64,000 nucleotides of DNA. Source: Eledone cirrhosa (taxonomy: Eukaryota). The notes below the pieces were generated by a model. It saw nothing but the letters and a program-made list of their open reading frames with translations. It was not told the DNA's origin and did no database searches. The translations under genes were made by a program, and so were the position numbers. Below, piece after piece: positions 25,340 through 37,808 of the stretch. Each line of letters opens with the position of its first letter. Position 1 is the first letter of the stretch. The stretch is from contig OZ024740.1 of assembly GCA_964016885.1 (NCBI GenBank), forward strand, positions 305,412,001-305,476,000. Reading direction: 5' to 3'.

Positions 25340-25750
25340 TTACCTTATTCCAAGAGTTCCTAGGTTTTCCTTAGTTTCCAACAACCTTTTATGAAGCTGT
25401 CATTCTCCATACATATCACCAGTCTCCTCTCCTGTACACTGCATCTGATATCTCTTATGCCCAGTTTCTCTCTCAGTTTATTGATGCTTCATCCTTCATG
25501 CACACTTCTATTACACATTCATCCAAGCATGCTTGTCCCATTTCTTTCCAATCTTCATAGATCCTCTGCACACACAGCCCAAATTTCACTTCCATGCAAC
25601 ATTGTCATTCCCACACAAGCTTCATACAATCTTTCATTTTGTGGCAGTAGCTTCCTAAATTTTTTCCAACCCATTCTCACTCTGGCAGCTATACTCAGAG
25701 CATCTCCCCCTACTGCTAATTTAGTCACCCACGTAACAGAAGCTGTCCCC
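25340..25750 (-). mobile_element. Degenerate RTE LINE fragment
   Basis: Reverse complement resembles 20270-20730 (ARVRMGWKKFRKLL; LREKLGIR). Confidence 0.7.
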
Positions 25751-26638
25751 TAATGCCAGGGAGCCCTCCAAGCATTTGAAAACACTTGTTTCATGTGGGC
25801 CCTTCTGCTTACCACTCCTGTGCATTTACCACACACAAAGTCTACATTCTTTGCTAAATGTGTATGTGTGCTTGTGTATAAACACACACAAAATCTTGAA
25901 CATCATCAACCATTATGCTAAACTTTATCATGTCTTCCAATTCCATGTTAATGAATATCAATCAGCAATTTTTCCAGAAATTATGAATCATGAAAAAAAA
26001 ATGTTTTATTTTCCAAAGTACTTTAAAATTTGATCAACACATAACTGTAATGTACACCTTAAAAAATGTATCTGCAAAATTTCAGTAAAAATATACATTA
26101 CGAGGAAATGAATTCGGAGGAGAAATCATCATCTTCGTTTAACGTCCATCTTCCACGCTAGCATAGGTTGGACGGGAGTTGTCCCACTTGAGGCAAGGTT
26201 GGTCGGGTGACTATCTGGCAGGTTTTCTACGGCTGGATGCCCTTCCTAACACCAACCACATGTTACCTACACGGCCACATTACAGCGTGGACTGTGTTTT
26301 TTTGTCGTGACACCTACACGAGTAGGGGAATAAATTGTAATTATGCAGAAAATGACACTACAAGTTAGTGTGTATGGATCTTCTGATGTACACCCCAGAG
26401 GTATCATTCAGTACTAGCCTGAACAACAACGTTTGTTCCACAAGGCGAGTGCCTAGAAAAGATGGTCTAATCAAGCTACACAAGTCATGAAGAAACTAAA
26501 GCTAGCATGTTGTATCAGAACCAGAATTCACACCGAAGATAGTGGTTACCAAGAACGGTACTCCTCTGACAACAGGTTGCTCCGTGTGCCTCCCCCCAAT
26601 TCAAGCATTATTTTTAATTTTCTCGATATACTTTAAAA

Positions 26639-26674
<36 letters not shown>

Positions 26675-26680
26675 AATTCC

Positions 26681-26936
26681 GGCGATACTTGATTTTAGTG
26701 TCCTAAATGATCATCATCGACAATCAGTTATTAGCTCCACCCACTACACGAAACGTCATCAGCTGCTGCTGCTTGATTTTTACACGGAAAAACATTTCAA
26801 AATGAAGCATGCAAGATAATGAATATGTAAAAATAAAGCAGCAGCAGATGACGTGTCGTGACGTGTCGTGTAGTGGGTGGAGCTAATAACTGATTGTCGA
26901 TGATGATCATTTAGGACACTAAAACCAAGTATCGCC
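26681..26936. repeat. Long inverted repeat (fold-back)
   Basis: ggcgatacttg..agtgtcctaaatgatcatcatcgacaatcagttattagctccacccactacacg and its reverse complement ending caagtatcgcc; preceded by (TA)n. Confidence 0.9.
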
Positions 26937-27439
26937 CAAATTCCTTTCCCGCTATAAAACGAACAGGAGTAATAATCCAAGTTTGAATTATTCAAATATC
27001 ACCAGCGATAAGAGTAAACAACAGCCAAGTTTGTTTCCATATAACTTTCTTAATAATGTACTTATTTTAATGAAATTCTGCATACACACTTTTCGAAAGT
27101 GTAGATCACTTATGTTAATTGCAATTAAAATTAAAACTTTTTTCCTCAATTCATAGTTGCGATCCTATGAAAAATCTATGACATTAATCCTGATTAATTG
27201 TACATAATTAACATTAAATTGGAAGGGATGATGAAAAAATGTTCGAGTTATAAGTTTAGTCTAATGCAACCAAAAATCGAAAGTATCCCGTAAATGAAAG
27301 CCATTAACGGAACTATGTATAATTTATTTGGAAAATTTATAGAAAAGCACCAAAGGATGCAAAATTAGAGGGTCCACCTCCTCCCATTTCTGGGGGAAAG
27401 AAACAATTTATCACCGAAGTGCTTTTATATAAAATTTAC

Positions 27440-27462
27440 CTTCATTGTGGATGCTTTTATAC
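27440..27462 (-). other. Candidate 23-nt 5' exon of the AT-hook gene
   Basis: Acceptor tcttgttttcttgcctag|GTA, donor AAG|gtaaat; ends in ATG AAG. Confidence 0.5.
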
Positions 27463-27783
27463 CTAGGCAAGAAAACAAGAAAAGTGTGTTTAAAATCTAG
27501 AATTTTTATATGAAAACACTATTAAACGCTAATAAAGTTTTATTTGTTGGCATAAAGATTGGAAAACTTTAAGCATGAGAAAGCAAGAAAACACTTCCCT
27601 GGTAAAGTTAGTTAAACTGGTTGAAGTACTGATAGTAAATTGTTTAACAATCTGCACCTTTCTGCACCATATATAAATGGAGTAATATTGGAGTTTTCCA
27701 TATACATAAATATGTTATATCTAAAAAGAATTTATATCATAACTGAATCTGATTCTTAGAAATGTGCAATATTGAAACATTTA

Positions 27784-29563
27784 AAAATATTTTGAGAAAA
27801 TACAAGCAACAACCAAATTGAAAAATAAAACAAATTAAACTTGTTTGATGAAAAACTTCAAAGATTCAAATAAATGAATAAAAAGTTCAATGAAACAAAA
27901 ATTAAAATCTATCGAAATAACAAAGGAATAGAAAATGAAGGGGTAAAAAACAAGAAGAAAGCGAACAAAAAATAACCCGCCGTTCTGGGAAATGAGAAAA
28001 AGATGAGTTGAAATATTAAATGAAGGATCAGGTTAGCCAATATTTTCTGCTTGGACTTGATCACTATTTTGTGACCAGATATTTTTCTCTAATTTTTATA
28101 TAACTGTTCTGGGAACAGCAGCGAAATTTAGGTAGGCTGCATCATTCTCAGAGTTTTCTTCTACACAGAAAGGAAAGGGTTGATTATATTACTTAAATAG
28201 AGCAGGAGAGAACTATAGCTAATCATAAAACACGTTTCAAACAGAATTCTGCACACTCAACTATTAATATTACTATATATATAGTAAAAACTCCAGAATA
28301 ACAAGACTCACTATTTAGCCTTAATAAAATCAATATTAAAACTCTACTTCGGTAATGAATACTCCCTTCTCTCAGCCGTCAACTATATATATATATATTT
28401 GTTTCTACTTTTGGCACAAGGCCACCAATTACCCAGTACATTACAGGTACTTTATTTTATCGACCCCGTAAGGATGGAAAGATATATAATAATAAGTTGA
28501 CGGACCCAGCATATTTATCAATGCCATTAGTGTTTTATTACACTGGAGTTTCGCTTGTCATATATATACATATGACAAGCGAAACTCCAGAGTAATAAAA
28601 CACTATATTTAGCCTCAATAAAATGAATATATATATATAACGTATAAATGTGAGAATTGTATTTTCTTTAATGAGTAACAAAATATAATTGAAATAAATA
28701 CTTAGTATATAGATATAGGAAAGTGTATATTACGATTATGATATTTAAAATAAAAAAATATGTCCACGCAATTCAGTTGTAGACATGACATTGTATTCTT
28801 ATAGAAAAATCTAATATTTATCTTCATTGATATTCAACATTATCAACTTGAAATTGGAAGGCATGATAATCTAAAAGATATTCAGTAAATGGAAGCATTT
28901 AAGGAATTAACTATACAATAATCGGAATCTAGACATTCGAAGATTTATCTCTGAAATTTTGTGTAAAAAGAAACCGGCGGTAATAAAGTTATAAGGAAAC
29001 AATATCGAGGTAGGAGCTAAACTGAAGTTATGTCAATTTACTAAAGGGGGGAGCAGACGATAAAACTTAAGTTTCTATAATGTTACTAGAAAGAAATTTA
29101 ATGAAACTGCATATAACTATAAATAATTTAATATAAAATACATCATGTTGCTAAGATGATATATTACATAAAATAAAAATACTCTGAAAATTTTAAACAG
29201 ATTACAAGAGACCCCTAAATACCTATTTCGTAGCGAAGGTAATGGAACGGAGCCATTAATAATAAATAATATATTATAGGTATATTTATATCTAGGAATT
29301 AAGGCAAAAAATAAATATTGGAAATCTAAATTTTTTATATGAAAATACTAATAAAATGTGAATGAGTTTTATTTTGTTGAAAGATTGGAAAAGTTTAAAA
29401 CATAAGAAACTAGAAAATGTTTTCCCGGTAAAATTAGTTCTACTTATGGTGGAAAGGGTGACAGTTATGATAGTGCATTGTTTGAAAATCTGCATCTTTC
29501 TCCCTACATATAATATTAACACACCAACAATAACATTGATATAACCGTTTCTAACATATATAT

Positions 29564-29620
<57 letters not shown>

Positions 29621-30450
29621 GTTGACAGCTGAGAGAAAAGAGTACTCAATACCGAATTAGAGTTTTAATATTTTATTAAGGCTAAGTATTGAGTCTTGTT
29701 ACTCAGGAGTTTCGCCTGTTTATCACAGGTGAAGCTCCAGAGTAACAAAACCCACGATTTAGATTTAGCCTTAATAAAACGATATATATTTATATATTTG
29801 TAAATTGTGTATTATATTGTTATTGATTCAAAGGGGTCATGTTGCCAATATTATATCGGAAAAAAAGAATTGAATTATAACCAACTATAATTCTAAAATT
29901 ATTTTAGATATAAAAAAAATATCAAAATATTTGAGAAAATACAAGCAACAACGAAAATTAAAAATAAAACAAATTAAACTTGTTCAGTGAAAAACTTAAA
30001 AATTCAATATAAATAAAACAAATTAAACTCGTTCGGTGAAAAAAGATTCAAATAAATGAATAAAAAGTTCAATGAAACAAAAATTAAAATCTATCGAAAT
30101 AACAAAGGAACAGAAAATGAAGGGGGAAAACGAGAGGCGAACAAAAAAAAAAACTGCCGTTCTGGTAAAAGTGAGAAAAGATGAAGAGTTGAAATATTAA
30201 ATGAGGGATCAGTTTAGCCAATATTTTCTGCTTGGACTTGATCACTATTTTGTGACCAGATATTTTTCTCTAATTTTTATATAACTGTTCTGGGAACAGC
30301 AGCAAAATTTAGGTAGGCTGCATCATTCTCAGAGTTTTCTTCTACACAGAAAGGAAAGGGTTGATTATATTACTTAAATAGAGCAGGAGAGAACTATAGC
30401 TAATCATGAAACACGTTTCAAACAGAATTCTGCACACTCAACTATCAATA
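27784..30450. repeat. ~500-bp direct duplication (27784-28270 and 29924-30450)
   Basis: Direct alignment by eye; core of ~230 bp almost identical. Confidence 0.9.
28528..28605. repeat. Hairpin of the GCGAAACTCCAGAGTAA family (related at 28286-28383 and 29621-29780)
   Basis: tagtgttttattac.ctggagtttcgcttgtcata..tatgacaagcgaaactccagagtaataaaacacta. Confidence 0.85.
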
Positions 30451-30704
30451 TATATATACATATAAATAAAATGAAGAGAACCAAGGTTATCACATTAAAT
30501 CCATATCTATATATTTAATCTAGAAATGGCTGCTACAGGACTAGAACTGTTTCATTCGAAGGAAAGCCGGAATACACACACATACATATTTATATAAAAC
30601 ATACTAGATAAAAATGTGAGAATTATTTTTTCTTAAATGAAAAAAACAATAAAATAAAATTTAAAATTCAGTACAACAAATATACATATATATATATTAG
30701 TACA

Positions 30705-30738
<34 letters not shown>

Positions 30739-30851
30739 CCCGTTTCTTTTCAATTTGAAAGCACATACCTCAAAGCAGTAATGGTTGATAGAAATAAACC
30801 ACGCGGCAAAACTAATAAGCCTCCTCTTTTTTGTCACTCTCTCCAGCTTAC

Positions 30852-30960
30852 CTCCCTTGACAGTCACATGACTACGACGGTGTTACAAAAATTGAAAATG
30901 GCGCTTTTTATTAAATTGCTGAAACATTTACAGAATGGTCGGTCACTGGCAAAGACAGCT
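30852..30960 (-). promoter_or_regulatory. Probable promoter and first non-coding exon of the AT-hook gene
   Basis: Local CpG enrichment; strong donor GAG|gtaagc at 30852/30851; YY1-like AAAATGGCG (30895-30903, + strand); E-box GTCACATGAC (30863-30872). Confidence 0.45.
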
Positions 30961-31224
30961 TCCAACTTAGTTTCCATTCTCGATATTACTTTTTCTCTTA
31001 AATCAATAAAAATTCTTTTTTTTTTGTTCTTTTAATTTCCGTCTTCTCATAATTCTAAGGCTTCAACCTAACACACGTAGTCAGGAATTGTCAAGCATAA
31101 GGTTCCAACCATCAGACTCTGACTTCTTTACCATTGTTGATTGGGAAAGATATTGAACATCACAACATCCCGTTTCTCTTCTCTTAGACTTAGTAGCTAC
31201 ACTAAAACATAATCAGCTGTGAGA

Positions 31225-31612
31225 TTTTTTTTTTTGTCATCAGGAAAGAATTTATTAAGGCATAACCGTCAAAAAATATTACAAATAGAAATAGAAAAAA
31301 AAGAAAGAAAGGGGAAAGGAAAAAACACAAACATAAACAGGTAATACACACAACTAGGACCACATACAACAAAAGGCGTGGACAAACGAACAGCTGGCAG
31401 AGCAAAAATAACAATATCGCGAGGAGCACTGGGGAAACCTCTAATAATATTTCAGGCAAGCCAGCACGCTCGCAGCGTTACCTCGGGTAATAGCGAGGCT
31501 GATGCGCTGGAACAGCTAAGTGCCCTCGCGTGCATCACCAGTTACCTCTGCTAGGAAAGCCGCCAGTGAAGACAAGAAACTCGCAGTTAGCAGCCCGACT
31601 CCCCTAAACACC
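31225..31612 (-). mobile_element. CRE-clade-like non-LTR retrotransposon 3' end
   Basis: Minus strand translates to LAEVTGDAREGT*LFQRISLAITRGNAASVLAC*, followed by a 3' UTR with AATAAA and a poly(A) tail. Confidence 0.65.
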
Positions 31613-32169
31613 ACAGACTATCTTTTACGTAAATTTTTAAATAATAAACAGGAAAAGAAAAAAAAAGAAGACTACACCCCTGATTAGATGGTATATTTCA
31701 GATGCGCCTCATGAAAGCATTGGTGGGGAGAATAGCCTGCAAAACCCACTGCATCAGACATTCCGCCTCACATGGTTCCTTCCTCAAGTGGGTTGCCGTT
31801 CTCCTGTATTTCAGAGGAAATCAGCTAACTGGAAACCAAAGACACCAGATAACTTGATGGCGACCAGCACTAAAAGGAAGCAGTTGATCAAGTCCCAGTA
31901 TTTGCTCCTCTTTAGACTTTGTGTATGATGATGATGTATATATACATATATATATTGTTATATTTGGGGAGGGTCATATTATAATATTGCCAGAAACAAT
32001 AATAAAACACACTCCCTGTTTGGTTTGGATTGGTTTTCGCTTCTGTATATTCTATATCCCTATAGTTAATTTAGCTGGCAATCAATGTTTATCATTGATT
32101 GACCAATGGTTAAAAATATCGATATATAAATATATATATATATATAAAGGAGGAGGTTATAGATATGCC

Positions 32170-33900
32170 TTTAGATACGCCTTTAGCCTCGACGTTGTCT
32201 CCCTCTACACTACAGTCCCCGCTCATCCAGCTGTCGATTTATTGACGGACTGCGTGGTCGCAGAGGACATCCACTGCTACGGCCTCCATCCGACGGACAT
32301 ACACCAGCTTTTGTCCTTCACAGTAGACAACACGTACTTCACCTTCCACCACCACACATACAGACAGACAACAGGATTACCCATGGGATCCAGCCTATCG
32401 GGCCTGCTGGCCATCACCTATATGAACCAGCTAGAATGCTGAGCCCTCAACACATGCCATTCCCATACCTTCTTCACCCGATATGTAGATGACATACTCA
32501 TCCTTACATCATCCCGTAAGGAGGCAGATAAAATATACACAACATTCTCCAGCATGGACGCCAGTATAAAGTTCAGCATGGAACACCCCGATGACCGCGG
32601 ATCCCTATCCCTACTGGACTTCCAACTCAGGGTAACAGAGGAAGGCAACATCCACACCTGCTTCTATAAAAAAGCCGCCAGCAGGGACCTGTTCGTACAT
32701 TTCAGATCGGCCCTCCCAGCAGGCGCTAAGTTTGGATACATAAGGAACGAACTTACACGTATCCGGAACAAATGCACCGACGCTAGAGACCGAGACACAC
32801 ACACCACACATTTCCTGGAAGTACTCAAACTGAATGGATACACGACATCCACCACAAACCGTGCCAGAAAGAACAGAGGACACCACACCCGAGGCACTAA
32901 CACTTGCTTCCTGAAGCTCCCACACTTCAGTGACGAAACAACAACAGCCATCCGCAGAGCTATCAGACGAGAGGGACTAGATATCCAACTGGCCCTTCTC
33001 TACGCGGACAGCTAACCAAAAGACACTCCACCAGACATGACAACTGCTGCAGGCTAGCCAACTGCCCCATCAACGACACAGACCTATGCCACCAGGCTTA
33101 CGTCGTATAAAGACTAGAGTGTGACAAATGCAGCAACTTCTACGTAGGTAGCACCACCAGACTACTCCACATAAGAATAAAAGAACACCTGAATACTAAC
33201 ACTTCCTCATTTAAGAAACACCTAGTTAAATGCAAAAACACTGACAAAACCATAACAGTTAGGATAGAAACTAAGGAAAGAAACCTCAGCAATCTTAGAA
33301 TTAAGGAAGCACTAATTATAGACAAAACACAACCACCAATCAATAATAGACTAGAACTCAACACCCAATTTATAACTTGATAGAGCTTCTAGCCCCATAT
33401 TTACAACCCCCCCCCCCACACACACACACTTACATCTCCACTTATTCTCTCTCACACACACACATACACACACAAAGACCAGTTCTAACACGAGATAGCA
33501 TCTATCCCCCACATTTACGTATAGACATATCTTCTCACTCTCACACACACACACTCACCTACTTACATCTTCATGCATTCTCCCACACACTTAAACAGGC
33601 ATGTACAAAAACAAAAAAAAACTTTTAAAGGGAGACTACTCTTTATCCACCTAACCTTAACTCTTTGATATTAGAGATAGAACAGATACTCTATACCATT
33701 TCCTGTCAGCATGACTTGGCAAGCTATTTAGAACACTGGTTTAACCGCTTTACTTCCCTCCGAAGAAGAGATATTATCTCGAAAATTAAAGACATTTAAA
33801 TAAATCTAAGGTAAAAGACTAATTGTCAACAATATCTTTTGCATTTGCATTCTTTATTCTATGTCCATACCTGCATTGTTTTGGCTTTATTATACATATA
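32170..33900 (+). mobile_element. Penelope-like element (reverse transcriptase plus GIY-YIG endonuclease), 5'-truncated and frameshifted
   Basis: SLDVVSLYT, YRQTTGLPMGSSLS, RYVDD, LSLLDF, FLKLPH and VVYRLECDKCSNFYVGSTTRLLHIRIKEHL. Confidence 0.9.
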
Positions 33901-33939
33901 CAAACGTTTATATATATATATATATATATATACATATAG

Positions 33940-35170
33940 TCTATCAAAGTTCTTTCATCACATACCTGTGACATCATCAGTGGTACTATTATGTTTCCTC
34001 CCGTTGTATTGTAATGTCTACTCCATTTTTTATTTTTTTATTTATTTATTCATCCTTGTCTCTGAGCGTATGTTTGTGTGTGTTTTCTGTTTGGTGTGTG
34101 TTCGTGTATTTGTATTCTATCTTTGTTCACTAGTGTGTGGTTGTTGTTATTGTACCAGTGTATATTTATTTATTTATATTTATCTTAGGTCAGTATTGTG
34201 TGTTTGTGCATGGTTGTTGTTATTCCATTCGTTTTTTCTGTTCAACTTTGGTTTTCTTAGTTCTATTTCAGTTGCTTCTCTGATTTGTCTACCTGTTGAA
34301 TCATTTCTATGTTGTCTATATTACCATCATGTCTTCGTCTGGCGTGTTCATATAGTACCAATGTCTTTTTGTCCTTTTAGTTTACCCCAGTGTTGGTCTC
34401 TCTGCTTCGAGCTGTCTCACCTATGTGTGTCATGTTTCTGCAAGTACCCTCTGTACGTCTTATGCTAGAGACTACATTTCTAGTTTTACAATTTATTTGT
34501 GGATTTATTCTACATATAACACATTGCTTATTGGTACAGTGGGTTTTCTTAAAAGGATGTTTTGCTGAGCAGGGATTTTCTACCACTTTAATCTTTAGAT
34601 GCGTCTTTCTTAGGGCTTTTCTAAATTGGTTAGCTAATTTCCCTCCAGGGGTTGCATCCACAAACATGACACTCTGGTATCTTTAGTTGTTGTACCATGA
34701 AGTGGCTTTCCTTATCTTATGTTTAGTCCTATCTATGTTATTCCATGATTTGCTCCTGTACAATGAACTCTTTCATGTCCATCTCTATGAGGGTCTTATA
34801 TTTCTCCGTAGCTCCTTTGTACACTTTGATTCTGCCTCTTTGGTTGTAGCCAGAGAACTGCATGCAATTGATGAAGTGTTGAATGGGTCTTTCCATTTCA
34901 GTTGGATCACACGTGCAGGATACATTTTTCATCATTCTTACCAAGTCTGCAATCAGAATATTAAACTTAGCACTATCGGACATTGCTGAGTTTTTGTGTA
35001 TAAGGTATTTGGGGGCCATGAGTTTAACATAATGTGAGTGGAGAATTTGGGTTTTCTCGTTTATAGTGTTTAACCAGAGTTCAGTGTCTAATAATGGTAG
35101 TCTATTGTTAGGATGTTTGGAAGGGAAGTCAATAGTTACTGTTATGCTCTGGTCTATGGAATTAGCTTTG
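33940..35170 (-). mobile_element. Second, distinct Penelope-like element, degenerate
   Basis: Minus strand gives DFPSKHPNNRLPLLDTELW, HKNSAMSDSAKFNILIADLVR, MFVDATPGGKLA and C..C..C..RNVV...HIGETARS (GIY-YIG-like). Confidence 0.8.
33942..33985 (-). ncRNA. Degenerate minimal hammerhead motif at the 3' end of the second Penelope
   Basis: Minus: TACCA CTGATGA tg TCACA ggta TGTGA t GAAA GAACTT TGATA. Confidence 0.45.
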
Positions 35171-35667
35171 ATAGACTATATATATATATCATCATCATCG
35201 TTTAACGTCCGTGTTCCATGCTTGCATGGGTTTGGACGGAGGGTTTTCCCACTTGAGGCAAGAGTGGTTATCTTGCTCGCATAGGACTATCTGGCGGGTT
35301 TTCTACAGCTGGATGCCCTTCCTAACACCAACCACATTTACAGTGTATATATATATATATATATTTATTTATATCTATATTTTTAACTTTGGTCAATCAA
35401 TGATAAACATTTATTGCCAGCTAAATTAACTATAGGGATATAAAATATACGGAAGTGAAAACCAATCCAAACCAAACAGTGAGTGTGTTATTATTATTTC
35501 TGTTAATATTATAACAATATGACCCTCCCCAAATATAACACTATTTGTTTCAACACATGATTTCATATCAAAAACCTTGCAAAACAGATATATATATATA
35601 AACAATTGAAAAATTTTACTTCTTTCATCCCCAAACCATATTTATTCTCTGACATGTTTTGAAGGAA

Positions 35668-36050
35668 CCGCCTTGCCTAAGTACAAAGCGAAACCTACAG
35701 TCAGTAGGCACCTCTAACAAAAATACACCCCTGCCCCACTACCCCCATCCCATCCACACCACCCCCTTCAATGTGAAGTTATGTTGGTACCACAACATCC
35801 AGTCCGAAACAAATGAGGTCGTGTAGGTGTCACGACAAAAAAACACACAGTCCACGCTGTAATGTGGCCGTGTAGGTAACACGGTAAAAACCTCCCAGTC
35901 CACACTGTAAACGTGGTTGGTGTTAGGAAGGGCATCCAGCCGTAGAAAACCCGCCAGACAATCCTATACGAGCAAGACAACCAATCTTGCCTCAAGTCCA
36001 AACCCATGCAAGCGTGGAAGATGGACGTTAAACGATGATGATGATGATGA
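35668..36050 (+). mobile_element. RTE 3' UTR copy
   Basis: Collinear with 20826-21197; ends in (GAT)n. Confidence 0.75.
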
Positions 36051-37808
36051 CTTGCACACATTTGAAATGGTAAAATTTTTCACATAGTCATATCTATCTA
36101 TAAATTTAGATATATGGCTATATAGTCATATACATTCTCCTCAGAGAGATAAAGAATTTATACTGAATGTTGTCAATGAAATATCAACATTACCTTTAGC
36201 AAAGGTATTGTATATAAATCATGCATCTTAAGTATATAATTTCTTTCAATAGAAAAATGTTATGATATATATATATATGTCATCATTGTTATCAGTTTCA
36301 CATCCATTTTCCAGGCTAGCATGGGTTAGACGAGCTGTCCTGTTGTGAGACAAGCCAGGTCAGATGACCATACCTTGCTCATACAGAACTGATTTTGGCT
36401 TGGTTTCTTCAGCTGGATGCCCTTTCTAATGTCAACCCCATTTACAGTGTGTACTGGGTGCTTTTTGTCATAAAACTTACAGCGCCACTTTACTGTGTGG
36501 GTGGACACTTTTTGTTGTCACCAATATGACAACTTTACAGTGTGGACTTGAGTGAGGAGGAGCATGGGGATTGGGGAGGTAGATAGTGTCACTCAAAGAC
36601 AGCTCCATCAGTACATGGTGATGGCACAATCTGGTAGGAAGCCTCTGATCCAAAAGCTACAGGGTTTGTATCTAGCATCTGGGAATACCTAAGCATATTC
36701 TTTTCAAGTACTGGATGCTCTTTACGTGTATAGGCACTATCAAGAACAATCAGTTGACTGAAAATGCCATAGGAAGCATAGTGGTTAGTAGAGAAGAGGC
36801 AGTAGCCAGATGGGTTGATAGGTGCAAAGACTGGGATGATAATCAGGTTTACATGATTAGAGTTATATTTAACCTGTCCTGGAAATGTAAAGAGCATCCA
36901 ATACTTCCTTGAAAAGAATATGTTTAGGTATTCCCAGATGTTAGATACAAACTTTGTAGCTGACCTATCTGGACTATACTTTGATTAGAAGGGTTCTGAT
37001 TTTATCTATTCTCAGGTCTCAAATAATTGCCCCCCTCTCCCCGATTACTTATTTTTCAGACTTTATCAAACCTCCTGCTCTTATTCCAACCCCTCCTCCA
37101 GCTTATTTAATGTTGCTAATCTATCTCCGGTGAAATTTTATTTTAAGTGGTAGCATTCCTGCGATAATTTTCTTTAGACATTAAAAAGACATTACACATG
37201 ACAAAAAAAAAGTACATTACAAGAAATCCCATGTTATAAAATATATAGGATGGGTTGAGGTCTCGATGTGTAAACTAAACGACTAATTGTTTTTTTTTTT
37301 AAATCAACAGAGACAACCTAGAAATATTACTGATTTTCCACCCCCACCCCCTATTATTTGGGACCCAAGGGTAGTTCACTTAGAGCAAGAATGAATTAGC
37401 TTGTAAATTTGTCACTCTATGAAAGGTAAAAATAGTACATAGGTATTACCTATGAGAACTGTTGAAAACTAACTTTACACGTACCATTACTGCTTGGTCA
37501 TTATGTTATAGTCATGCAACAAAAACCAATCTGTCTGTAGCTATACAAACTGACAACTCATAATCAAAGATGATGATGGTATTTGTAGATGAAAGAATAC
37601 CTTGTTTCCAGTGATAGCTTTAACTGAGAAAGTTAAATGATGATATGGTGAACATTGGTTAATATATTTGTCACATGGACACATTTGTTAACTAACAATA
37701 AACCAGTAATTATTACTTTACTATTTCTGGAATTTGTTCTAGTTCATGTGTCTTAATCCTTTAGCATTTACATTACTCTATAATTACTATTGTATTTTCA
37801 AGGTACCA

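Larger units (their letters stand above)
31956..35540. repeat. ~185-bp inverted repeats (31956-32140 / 35350-35540) enclosing nested retroelements
   Basis: tgttatatttggggagggtcatatt..tggtttggattggttttc..ccctatagttaatttagctggcaat has its reverse complement at the right end. Confidence 0.85.
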
